DNA of 64,000 nucleotides from Haliotis cracherodii (Eukaryota). The notes under the pieces were generated by a model, which searched no databases, was not told the DNA's origin, and worked only from the letters and a program-made list of their open reading frames with translations. Of the stretch, positions 39,019 to 51,170 are shown in pieces; the stretch's first letter is position 1, and the number at the start of each line of letters is the position of its first letter. A program made the position numbers and the translations under genes. The stretch covers positions 1,550,001 to 1,614,000 of the forward strand of contig NW_027266266.1 in NCBI RefSeq assembly GCF_022045235.1, read 5' to 3'.

Positions 39019-39436
39019 GTGAGTTATGCATTAGAATGGTCAACAGGTGAGTTATGCATTAGAATGGTCAACAGGTGAGTTATGCATTAGAATGGTCAAC
39101 AGGTGAGTTATGCATTAGAATGGTCAACAGGTGAGTTATGCATTAGAATGGTAAACAGGTGAGTTATGCATTAGAATGGTCAACAGGTGAGTTATGAATT
39201 AGAATGGTCAACAGGTGAGTTATGCATTAGAATGGTCAACAGGTGAGTTATGAATTAGCTTGGTCAACAGGTGAGTTATGAATTAGCATGGTCAACAGGT
39301 GAGTTATGCATTAGAATGGTCAACAGGTGAGTTATGCATTAGAATGGTCAACAAGTGAGTTATGCATTAGAATGGTCAACAGGTGAGTTATGAATTAGAA
39401 TGGTCAACAGGTGAGTTATGCATTAGAATGGTCAAC
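39014..39436 (+). repeat. 28-bp tandem repeat (15 copies) of the exon 13 donor
   Basis: Unit aacag|gtgagttatgcattagaatggtc. Confidence 0.97.
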
Positions 39437-40511
39437 TGGAGAGCAAAGCAAATATGTTTGGACTTGATGCTCCACAGTTAGAAGTCTTGATAATGAAAAC
39501 AGATGTATTTGACACAAAATTATAATCCGTAACCAAGGTAACTGTAGCACTGGTTCCAATAGCATGTCTTGCTCCAGTCATGAAGTTTGTTTGATGATGT
39601 TTAGTACAATGTTTATACTGTAGATACCCACAGATAAGTATTGTGCCTTCAGGTTTCATTTCTAGGTTTCTCAACTCAATGTTCAGCTTCGTAGTGATTA
39701 TTTGGTTGAAGAAATATATAAAAAGGAAAACAATAATAAGTTCTTGACATTAATCGAGAATAAATCCAATATGTTATCTGTTAGATATAATTTGAAATTG
39801 AATGTGTCATTAGTAGATGTTTAACCCTTGAAATGATGATGATAAGATTTGTGTGAGAATTGTTCACTATTTGAAGTGCTGACCTCAAAAGTTTGAACAT
39901 TTTTCAAAAGGGGATGGATAAACTTGCAACATTGTTATCATGCTTTACTTGCGTGGTCGGTTTCAGTTTGCTAGCAGTAGGGATAACTTGAAATGCCTGA
40001 CATAATTTACTTCCCTTTATTATCCTTCAGATATTTTGTTTATGAAAACTGAAATTTCATTAAATTATTTTCCTGAACCTGAGTATATATCCTGATGGGA
40101 TATCCTGAGTATATATCCTGATGGGATATGTATCAGCGTATGTTTGAGCGGAATGGTACATGAGGGTAGGAGAGGGGAAAGTATTAAGGACTACCTTGAA
40201 AGGGATGGGTACTTTTAGAATATTGGCGATTCTATTTCAGTAAGAGCACTGGTTGAATTCCAGTTACAGTTTACTGTAGAGACATGTATAGAAATCCATA
40301 TAAATAAATTTGTTTTATTGTTGGGAGCCATGCCGCGCCTAACATGAATATCTTAGGAGACTGATAAACTGATATTGTCGCCAGTGATGTTTACTTTAAG
40401 GTAGCCAAGTGGTGAGCAGTAGAAAAATTTAGGTCACCATAGATTTAAATTGCATCTGGCCACCGAAATGGTCGCTTCTCAGAGGGCTGACCCATGTCGA
40501 ATGTATTGCAG

Positions 40512-40680
40512 CTCCCTAACGACATCTCGTACGTGTTCAGCGGCTACGCCCCCCTGAGTGTGCGCCTGGCCCAGTATCTGGCGCGGCCTGGCTGGAGAAG
40601 CATCACAGAAGTACTCAACCTTCTGCCGGGGCCCAAAGTAGAGGAAATACAACAGATACCAGTAGCACTCAGGAAAAGAA
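40512..40680 (+). CDS. VPS33A: VPS33A exon 14
   Basis: [41 protein letters not shown]... Confidence 0.97.
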
Positions 40681-41029
40681 GTAATTTGTTTGAAATATGT
40701 TGTCTGCCAAAAGATAATATGAGGAACTGTTCTTCGAAATTCAGGGGTCCTGGGATCCTATGGTATTTGAATGTGGAGACCCCTGAAATATTTCATTTTT
40801 CACATAAGGGTTACGACAAGGACCTACAGAAGCCATTTATGCCCATTTGCCTTTTTGATTATTTCTTGAAATATCAAGACACTGAGTTGAAATTTAGAGA
40901 TGCTATGTTAAAATTGAAACTTTCTGTGAGGAAACATTTGATAATGTGTGTTTAGATTGGTATGAATATCTGTGCTGTGAGAGTGACCATGCCGTACTGC
41001 CTGTATTATTCAATATCCTGATTTACCTT

Positions 41030-41408
41030 CCAGAGTTCTACATGGACTTGTGCTTTAACTAAGATATTGCTGCCTTCAGTAAACCTCTGTCCTTCCTCAC
41101 AACGTTGTATACATAATTTATCTTCCATGGTCCTACATTGTCTCGTGCTGTAACTAAGACATTTCTGCCTTCAGTAAACCACTGTCCTTCCTCACAATGT
41201 TGTATACATAATTTATCTTCCATGGTCCTAGACTGACATCATGCTATAGCTAAGATATTGCTGCCTACAGTAAACTTCTGTCCTTCCTCACAACGTTGTA
41301 TACATGATTTATCTTCCATGGTCCTACATTGTCTCGTGCTGTAACTAAGACATTGCTGCCTACAGTAAACCTCTGTCCTTCCTCACAACGTTGTATACAT
41401 AATTTATC
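41030..41408. repeat. ~95-bp tandem repeat (~4 copies) ending 20 nt before the exon 15 acceptor
   Basis: Repeated taactaaga...cagtaaacctctgtccttcctcacaacgttgtatacataatttatc. Confidence 0.9.
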
Positions 41409-41428
41409 AATCACTTTTCCTGTTACAG

Positions 41429-41551
41429 GAAGTTCCATCTCCTCTCAGCATTCCAGTTCTGGGGATCAGAAAGTGACACTCGTCTTCTTCCTCGGGGGCG
41501 TGACGTTTGCAGAGATTGCCGCACTCCGCTTCCTTGCACAGCAGGATGATG
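41429..41551 (+). CDS. VPS33A: VPS33A exon 15
   Basis: [40 protein letters not shown](G); phase 1 donor gtaggt. Confidence 0.97.
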
Positions 41552-41694
41552 GTAGGTGTTACCATAGAAACAACTGTGTCAATAGCGCATACATGACATA
41601 TTAAGTGCTCCTGTCAACTGAGGAAGGGAAATTGAAATTATGCTTCTTAAAACCATATGCCAGGACATTTTCTTGACCAGACTATTTCGTTCTT

Positions 41695-41930
41695 TTTAAC
41701 GCTCCACTCAACAATATTCCAGTTATAAGACGGCAGTCTGAAAATAATCAAGATTGGAACAGACAATCCAGTGATTGACATCATGAGCATCGATCCACAC
41801 AATGTGGATACGATGACATGCATCAACCAAGTCAGCAACAGCCCGATCCTGTAAGTCCCCTCTTACGACAAGCATAGTATTCCCTATTGGCAAGCATAGG
41901 TTGCTGAAGACCAACTCTAACCCAGATCTT
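41695..41930 (-). mobile_element. SINE-like family A copy
   Basis: Matches the family consensus in reverse orientation. Confidence 0.75.
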
Positions 41931-42049
41931 CTTTACTGTTCCCGGAATGTTTGACCGAGAATGAGGTCTGAGGTCAATACTAATAATACAGTGGCTGACC
42001 TCACTAGTATTGTTCATGTCAGGTTCTTCTACCATATTGACCTCAAAAG

Positions 42050-42220
42050 TCTTCGGGTTAGAATAGGTCTTCAGAAACCCATGCTTGCCGTAAAAGGCGA
42101 CTATGCTTGTCGTAAGAGGCAACTAACGGGATCGGGTGGTCAGGCTCGCTGACTTGGTTAATGCATGTTATGAAATCTCAATTGCGTGGATCGATGCTCA
42201 TGATGTCAATCACTGGATCA
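42050..42220 (+). mobile_element. SINE-like family A, partial copy
   Basis: cgggttagaataggtcttcag...cgtaagaggcaactaacgggatcgggtggtc. Confidence 0.75.
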
Positions 42221-43393
42221 TGTCAGTATGTTGATAACTTATTGATAACAATCCTGGTTATGATATGGATACTTGACATGTTCATCAGCCATCTGACAAC
42301 AGACACAGACCGGGTTAGTTTGATGCTGTATAGGGGCCAAGCGACCTCAAACCGACCAATAGGTAATCTTTTGGGGAAACCAAAGAGGATCTGAGCACTT
42401 ACTATGTTGAACAACATAAACTGATTAATGTCTTTTGAATATTTTGTTTCTTTTGAACTCCTACTTTTTCTAGTTTAAAGTCTGTGTACAGTAGTTTTAT
42501 ATGTGTTATTGTATTCAACCTTACATACAGGATGTTACTGACTGGTTTGACTCGGGCTGAAACGATACACAGAATCTTATTAACCTTCATACAATATTAC
42601 GAAAATATTCTAATTTTGATATCAGAGGGGAAGCGGAAGCTGATTTTATTTCAAAGACATTAAGACAACACTAATTCTGCACAATGGACTCAATATAAAG
42701 GAGGCCATCTTATGTGAAGCGGTATTTGTGGTTGAATTAAGTGTGTCGTGGATCGTCTCTGTGGTAGTGCATTGATGCATCAGTGAGTCGTTTCAGCCCC
42801 GATTGGAAGGCGCTTCATCATGTAGCTGTCTCAGTACTATCACATGTTTGAATCCAATACTATATCTCCCTGCCTGAAGATCTATGAAACACTATATAGA
42901 AGGTCCATGAGCAAACTTTGACCCCCGATCCATAGGAAGGATGCATGGGTTCTTGAGTCAATCAAATGTCAGCTGTCTGAAAAGAATTTGATTAATGTCT
43001 TTTTATCTTGATCTTAACAAAAGAAAACCTACACAGAAAACATATTCCTTCAATAGTACACACTTTTGGGTGTAGTTGCCATGGTGCGGAAAAACAACAG
43101 TATGTGTGGCCTTTATTATTTCCATTTAGATCTGTTTGTTCAGGATCATTTTTTCAAGATACCGTAAACAGGTTTGCTCCGCTGAAAGTCTCCCTGTTGC
43201 CACCTCCTTAGAGGTTTTGTCAGATATTCACGCAGAGGTATCATCATCATCACTATCATGTCCAAGTTACAGATCTGATTTTATTGAGATTGATTATGTT
43301 GATGAAGACCATTGTTGAATCATGTTGTTACTTTTTGTGTATCTCATTAACCAGATGTTATTTGTTCTATAAGTTTGTCTTTGCATGCTGTAG

Positions 43394-43500
43394 GTACTGA
43401 TTATATTGTTGCTACAACGGCCATCGTTAATGCGGAAAATTTCATCAAGCCTTTAGTGGAGCAGTTTGAGTCCCATCTGAGTGACTCACCTCCTTACTAG
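43394..43500 (+). CDS. VPS33A: VPS33A alternative terminal exon 16a
   Basis: ctgtag acceptor, phase 1: (G)TDYIVATTAIVNAENFIKPLVEQFESHLSDSPPY*. Confidence 0.75.
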
Positions 43501-43739
43501 TCAGTCGTCTCAGTTGTAGGTCCTTCTGTTATAACCCAGTGTGTCCCCTTCCCTCAGTGTGAATCCCTTCCCTCAGTGTGAATCGCTTTCCTCAATGTTC
43601 TGCATCTAATAATCTCACACAATGTGGATAATAAGCTGTTAATGTTTTGGCACTTGCCTAAGGCTCCGTGTTAAAGGTTCCTTCCGAAGAGTAAAATTTA
43701 ATGCGTTGGCTTCCTTGAATAACACCGTCAGATTAACTT

Positions 43740-46617
43740 GACAGTGGGCTACTCCGATTTACCCAACCCAACTGGGCTAATCCTATCTCCCCTACCCACC
43801 ACTGGGCTAGTCTGATTTACCCAACCCAACTGAGCTAATCCTATCTACCCTACCTAACATTGGGCTAATCCAATCTAGCCTTCCCAACAGTGGGCTAATC
43901 TAATCTACCCTACCAAACAGTAGGCTAGTCTGATCTACCCTACCCAGTAGTAGGCTAATCCAATCTAGCCTTCCCAACAGAATGGCTAGTCTGATCTACC
44001 CTACCCAACAGAATGGCTAGTCTGATCTACCCTACCCAACAGTAGGCTAGTCTGATCTACCCTTCCCAACAGTGGGCTAGTCTGATCTACCCTACCCTAC
44101 AGTAGGCTAGTCTGATCTATCCTACCCAACAGTAGGCTAGTCTGATCTACCCTACCAAACAGTAGACAAGTCTTATCTACTCTACCCAACACTGCGCTAG
44201 TCTGATCTACCCTACCCATCAGTGGGCTAATCTAATCTACTCTACCTAACAGTGGACTAGTCTGATCTACTCTACCCAACACTACGCTAGTCTGATCTAC
44301 CCTACCCTACAGTAGGCTAGTCTGATCTACCCTACCCATCAGTGGTCTAATCTAATCTACCCTACCCAACAGTGGGCTAATCGGATCTACCCTACCTAAC
44401 AGTGGGCTAGTCTGATCTACTCTACCCAACACTGCGCTAGTCTGATCTACCTTACCCTACAGTAGGCTAGTCTGATCTACCCTACCCAACAGTGGGCAAG
44501 TCTGATCTACCCTACCCTACAGTAGGCTAGTCTGATCTACTCTACCCAACACTGCGCTAGTCTGACCTACCCTACCCTACAGTAGGCTAGTCTGATCTAC
44601 TCTACCCAACACTGCGCTAGTCTGATCTACCCTACCCATCAGTGGGCTTATCTAATCTACCCTACCCAGCAGTAGGCTAATCCAATCTAGCCTTCCCAAC
44701 AGTAGGCTAGTCTGATCTACCCTACCCAACAGAATGGCTAGTCTGATCTACCCTACCCAACAGAATGGCTAGTCTGATCTACCCTACCCAACAGTAGGCT
44801 AGTTTGATCTATCCTTCCCAACAGTGGTCTAGTCTGATCTACCCTACCCTACAGTAGGCTAGTCTGATCTATCCTACCCAACAGTAGGCTAGTCTGATCT
44901 ACCCTACCAAACAGTAGACAAGTCTTATCTACTCTACCCAACACTGCGCTAGTCTGATCTACCCTACCCATCAGTGGGCTAATCTAATCTACTCTACCTA
45001 ACAGTGGACTAGTCTGATCTACTCTACCCAACACTGCGCTAGTCTGATCTACCCTACCCTACAGTAGGCTAGTCTGATCTACCCTACCCATCAGTGGGCT
45101 AATCTAATCTACCCTACCTAACAGTGGGCTAGTCTGATCTACTCTACCCAACACTGCGCTAGTCTGATCTACCTTACCCTACAGTAGGCTAGTCTGATCT
45201 ACTCTACCCAACACTGCGCTAGTCTGACCTACCCTACCCTACAGTAGGCTAGTCTGATCTACTCTACCCAACACTGCGCTAGTCTGACCTACCCTACCCT
45301 ACAGTAGGCTAGTCTGATCTACTCTACCCAACACTGCGCTAGTCTGACCTACCCTACCCTACAGTAGGCTAGTCTGATCTACTCTACCCAACACTGCGCT
45401 AGTCTGACCTACCCTACCCTACAGTAGGCTAGTCTGATCTACTCTACCCAACACTGCGCTAGTCTGATCTACTCTACCCAACACTGCGCTAGTCTGACCT
45501 ACCCTACCCTACAGTAGGCTAGTCTGATCTACTCTACCCAACATTGCGCTAGTCTGACCTACCCTACCCTTCAGTAGGCTAGTCTGATCTACTCTACCCA
45601 ACACTGCACTAGTCTGATCTACCCTACCCTACAGTAGGCTAGTCTGATCTACTCTACCCAACACTGCGCTAGTCTGATCTACCCTACCCATCAGTGGGCT
45701 TATCTAATCTACCCTACCCAACAGTAGGCTAGTCTGATCTACCCTACCTAACAGTGGGCTAGTCTGATCTACTCTTCCTAACAGTGGGCTAGTCTGATCT
45801 ACTCTTCCCAACACTGCGCTAGTCTGATCTACCCTACCCATCAGTGGGCTAATCACATCTACCCTACCCAACAGTAGGCTAGTCTGATCTACCCTATCAA
45901 ACAGTAGACTAGTCTGATCTACCCTACCCAACAGTAGGCTAGTCTGATCTACCCTACCCTACAGTAGGCTAGTCTGATCTACCCTACCAACAGTAGGCTA
46001 GTCTGATCTACCCTACCCAACAGTAGGCTAGTCTGATCTACCCTACCCAACAGTAGGCTAGTCTGATCTACCCTACCAAACAGTAGACAAGTCTTATCTA
46101 CTCTACCCAACACTGCGTTAGTCTGATCTACCCTACCCATCAGTGGGCTATTCTAATCTACTCTACCTAACTGTGGACTAGTCTGATCTACCCTACCCTA
46201 CAGTAGGCTAGTCTGATCTACCCTTCCCAACAGTAGGCTAGTCTGATCTACCCTACCCAACAGTAGGCTATTCTGATCTACCCTACCCAACAGTAGGCTA
46301 GTCTGATCTACCCTACCCTACAGTAGGCTAGTCTGATCTACCCTACCCAACAGTAGGCTAGTCTGATCTACCCTACCCAACAGTAGGCTAGTCTGATCTA
46401 CCATACCCAACAGTAGGCTAGTCTGATCTACCCTACCCAACAGTAGGCTAGTCTGATCTACCCTACCCTGCAGTAGGCTAGTCTGATCTACCCTACCCAA
46501 CAGTAGGCTAGTCTGATCTACCCTACCCAACAGTAGGCTAGTCTGATCTACCCTACCCTACAGTAGGCTAGTCTGATCTACCCTACCCTACAGTAGGCTA
46601 GTCTGATCTACCCTACC
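43740..46617. repeat. 30-bp minisatellite (~95 copies)
   Basis: Unit cagtaggctagtctgatctaccctacccaa. Confidence 0.96.
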
Positions 46618-47646
46618 ACCATGCCTTCCCATCCCTTAGCTTTGCACAATTACTATAGAATGTAATTCCTGATTTTAATGGAACATAAATTGTGACATTT
46701 TCCAAAATGCATCACTGAGTTCAGAATAAGAACTGCATAAAGGAAAAGGCTTGATAACATATCTAAAACAAAGTTTGGAGACATATCACAGTCAACTTTG
46801 TAGAATAATAAAACGTATTTGCAAGACTTTTATTTCATGCAAAATAAATTATTTCGACTTTGATGGGATGAAAAATAGCTTGGTTCTAATGAACTGTGTT
46901 CACCACAAGCAAACCACACCAGTCTGTTGCCTTCACTTCCACATTAAAAACAGCAGCGGTCACCCACTTGCACCAAGTTTACAAAGCAATTGCTTCAGAA
47001 ATATTAGTCTTTTTTATTTTTTCAGACATAATCTTCACCCATAATTGTATAAATGCCTAGTCGTCTAGTTATCTATTTTAATAAGATAAATCATACGACT
47101 CAACTATCTCTTAGTTTCAAATACTGAACCATGCATTTCATTTTTTTATCTTATTGTCATATTAAGGAGAAATCTAACACACTTTGAGTAAGGAAAGCTT
47201 TGTGTAACATACAAACACATAGTGAGATGTATAGCCTGTGCCTATAGTCATGTCCAGCTACCCCTCATGGGGTGATCACCAGTGATAAAAGAGTACCACC
47301 TTTCCTGTGCAGAGTTACGTCCCTTAGTTGTACCAGGTTTGGCTAATCTTGGGTTCGAATCCCAGATACATTTCTGTTTTGGATTCTTGGTGGGATTCAT
47401 CCCATTTTCACCGATATGCTGTGTTATGTTTGTATACTGTTCAAATCTTTGTTAAATACATTTCATTCACCCTGTGTAATTATCCAAACGTTCAGCATTC
47501 ACGTTTATTCAGTAGCACAATCAAAGGGATTCTCCCAGAATTATTTAACAAATATGTGTACAATCAGTACTGTACTTAAGTAATACCATTAATAATACAT
47601 GTTTGAATAAGATTATCATAATCTGTGTTTGTTTTCTGTTCTTCAG

Positions 47647-47750
47647 GCGGCACAGACTACTTGATTGCCACAACCAAGATCATAACGGGGAAGCACTTGA
47701 TTGAGTCTTTACAGGAGAAGATAGAGACTGTCAAACTGAACCCATTCTGA
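47647..47750 (+). CDS. VPS33A: VPS33A alternative terminal exon 16b
   Basis: Long pyrimidine tract plus ttcag, phase 1: (G)GTDYLIATTKIITGKHLIESLQEKIETVKLNPF*. Closest to the vertebrate C-terminus (GGTEYVIATTK...PF). Confidence 0.9.
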
Positions 47751-47905
47751 GATTGCCAAATCAAAGTGAATCTAAAGTGGAAGCATGACATGCTCTGTGC
47801 AATCAATGTTACAGGTGACCCTCCCAACATCCAGCTCCTCGTCCAGCTTGTCATGATGATGAACAGTGCAGTCTGTGTTCTGATATGGGTGATGCCAACA
47901 CCTGC

Positions 47906-49021
47906 TGTGCCAGATGTAGCAGTATTTGGATTAAGGGAGAACTCGGGAGAGGCCTAACTGTGCCCATAATGTGCTAGAATTAACTCTGTGTAATTAACCA
48001 AAAGTTATTTGTGCCAGATGTAGCAGTATTTGGATTAAGGGAGAACTGAGGAGAGGCCTAACTGTGCCCATAATGTGCTAGAATTAACTCTGTGTAATTA
48101 ACCAAAAGTTACTTGTGCCAGATGTAGCAGTATTTGGTTTAAGGGAGAACTCGGGAGAGGCCTAACTGTGCCCATAATGTGCTAGAATTAACTCTGTGTA
48201 ATTAACCAAAAGTTATTTGTGCCAGATGTAGCAGTATTTGGATTAAGGGAGAACTGAGGAGAGGCCTAACTGTGCCCATAATGTGCTAGAATTAACTCTG
48301 TGTAATTAACCAAAAGTTACTTGTGCCAGATGTAGCAGTATTTGGATTAAGGGAGAACTCGGGAGAGGCCTAACTGTGCCCATAATGTGCTAGAATTAAC
48401 TCTGTGTAATTAACCAAAAGTTATTTGTGCCAGATGTAGCAGTATTTGGATTAAGGGAGAACTGAGGAGAGGCCTAACTGTGCCCATAATGTGCTAGAAT
48501 TCACTCTGTGTAATTAACCAAAAGTTACTTGTGCCCGATATAGCAGTATTTGGATTAAGGGAGAACTGAGGAGAGGCCTTACTGTGCCCATAATGTGCTA
48601 GAATTAACTCTGTGTAATTAACCAAAAGTTACTTGTGCCAGATATAGCAGTATTTGGATTAAGGGAGAACTCGGGAGAGGCCTAACTGTGCCCATAATGT
48701 GCTAGAATTAACTCTGTGTAATTAACCAAAAGTTATTTGTGCCAGATGTAGCAGTATTTGGATTAAGGGAGAACTGAGGAGAGGCCTAACTGTGCCCATA
48801 ATGTGCTAGAATTCACTCTGTGTAATTAACCAAAAGTTACTTGTGCCCGATATAGCAGTATTTGGATTAAGGGAGAACTGAGGAGAGGCCTTACTGTGCC
48901 CATAATGTGCTAGAATTAACTCTGTGTAATTAACCAAAAGTTACTTGTGCCAGATATAGCAGTATTTGGATTAAGGGAGAACTCGGGAGAGGCCTAACTG
49001 TGCCCATAATGTGCTAGAATT
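47906..49021. repeat. 104-bp tandem repeat (~10.7 copies) in the 3' UTR region
   Basis: Units start at 47906, 48010, 48114, etc. Confidence 0.96.
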
Positions 49022-50384
49022 GTAGAGTTATGTCCCTTAGTCGTGACAGAATCCTACTTTAACACTGATTATGATTCTTGATTTGTCAGCTCCATGTGTC
49101 GTCGGTTTCACCAACGCGGGAAACATCTAGGACCTACGTCACTAGGTGACTCTCATGTGCTAACTCTTACTGTGATTTTCTCTGTGAGTTTTCTCTCTTA
49201 CTTACTCACTGGCACTTACTCTAGTGGAGCGGGTGGTCATGCTTGGTGACTTGGTTGACAGCATCATACCACATTGACATGGGTGATTGCTCATGATCCT
49301 AATAACTGGATTGTCTGATCCAGACTGATAGCGAAGGAGATGCGAACCCTTTTTGCTCGCACCTGGTGTCACCACTGTTGTTTAGTGATCCATCCATATA
49401 ATGTTCATCCTAAGTTTGCCTTTTTCACCCAATAGAAACTGTTTTGGCAGATAACTAAATACAGTTCAAAGCGAGAGTATGTATAACTAACTCATTCATT
49501 TATTCAGACTCCTAATTATGTTGTCATTGGTGTCTTGCAAGCCATAACTGTTTGAAATGAATTGAACATAGCTGTGGAACTATCCTGGAAATATCCCATA
49601 AAGATGAACCAGATTACATGACACCAATCTCTAGTGTATTTAATGCTGAACTGAAATATGAATCTTTAGATGATAATTCTGACCATAAATTCATTAGCTA
49701 CACGAATAACAAACATAATCCCATGAAACATAATATCAGTAGTTCCCCTTCATTTTCCCCTCCCCCTCCCCCAATCAGAAAACATCATGCACAACTGATC
49801 AAATCAAGGAAGGTAAGAAATATCACATTGTCATTGATGGTATTCGTGCTATCAGATAATGGTTTACCTATGTTATCATGTATGGTGCTGGGATGGCTGG
49901 TGTCGGGTCCTGGTGGCCTGGGAGTTCCTGTTGTGAAACTTGTACATACCAAAACTGTATTATGTAAATCTGATCTGTACATAACCATGCTGTATATTGG
50001 TAAAGAAAATATATGACATGTGACTTGAAACATGCAGTTGTTGTTTCTGTTTTCTTGTCAAGTTCATTCATGTTTTTGTTTTTGGTTGAATTTCTTTGTC
50101 CATATGCCAAGAAGCACGAGGCAAATTATAACAGAATATAAAAATAGGTTGTGTTGTGATTTTGAAATATAATATTATATGAGTTTACAAAAATAACTAC
50201 CAGAGTCACAGGAGCTCACTTACATTGGAGGTATTAACACGAGGGAGGATGTGCCAAATATTTTATGATATGCGAAGAAACATGTCCCCAGTCCGTCTGT
50301 TTCAGAAGAGAGAATATTTACAGAGCTGCGATTGCCTTTGTTAGAATCTTAGAGCATTGTTAAAACATGAGCATTAACTCAATT

Positions 50385-50586
50385 GTCAAATGTAAGTCTT
50401 AAGGTCAAATGTAAGTGTCAAGGCCAAATGTAAGTGTTGAGGTCAAATGTAAGTGTCAAGGTCAAAATGTGTCAGGGTCAAAATGTAATTGCCGAGGTCA
50501 ATATGTAAATGTCAATGTCAAAATGTAAGTGTCAAGGTCCAAATGTAAGTGTCAAGGTCAAAATGTATGTGTCAACGTCAAAATCA
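50385..50586. repeat. ~19-20-bp degenerate minisatellite
   Basis: Unit gtcaaatgtaagtgtcaag. Confidence 0.85.
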
Positions 50587-50974
50587 AAATTAATGATAAT
50601 CCAGTACCTAGTTACAAGGCAGATCTGGCTTTCCTCTTAGAAACGATCAGCCAGTCATTTGTGGGAACAGACGTGACTGAAGTTTCAGATTGGTCCAATC
50701 ATTGGTCCATAAATGACCCAGAAGATGTTTTATATCGCGGTTGAACAGGAGCATGTGCAGGTTATGTATCCGTTACTTCAATTTGAAACATGGAATGACA
50801 CCGTTTCGTTTTTCTGTCCATCCTTTTCACGTTAAAATGACGATTCTTAATAGTGCTATCCAAACTCACACACATCGCAGTAAAAACGTAAGAGTATGCT
50901 TTCAACGTTTTTTTCTTGGTGAGAATCCTCCCCAGGGTACCCTTCTACAAAGTGATCATAGCGCTAAGACTAAT

Positions 50975-51170
50975 TGTTCTTCAGCAACCCATGCATGTCG
51001 TAAGAGGCGACTAACGGGATCGGGTGGTCAGACTCACTGACTTGGTTAATGCATGTCATCATATCTCTATGCTCATGATGTCACTCACTGGATTGTTTGG
51101 TCCTAGAAGCGATTTTTTACAGACCGCCGTCATATAGCTATAGAATATTGCTGAATGCAGCGTCAAACAC
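50975..51170 (+). mobile_element. SINE-like family A, 5'-truncated copy
   Basis: cttcagcaacccatgcatgtcgtaagaggcgactaacgggatcgggtggtc...aatattgctgaatgcagcgtcaaac. Confidence 0.75.
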
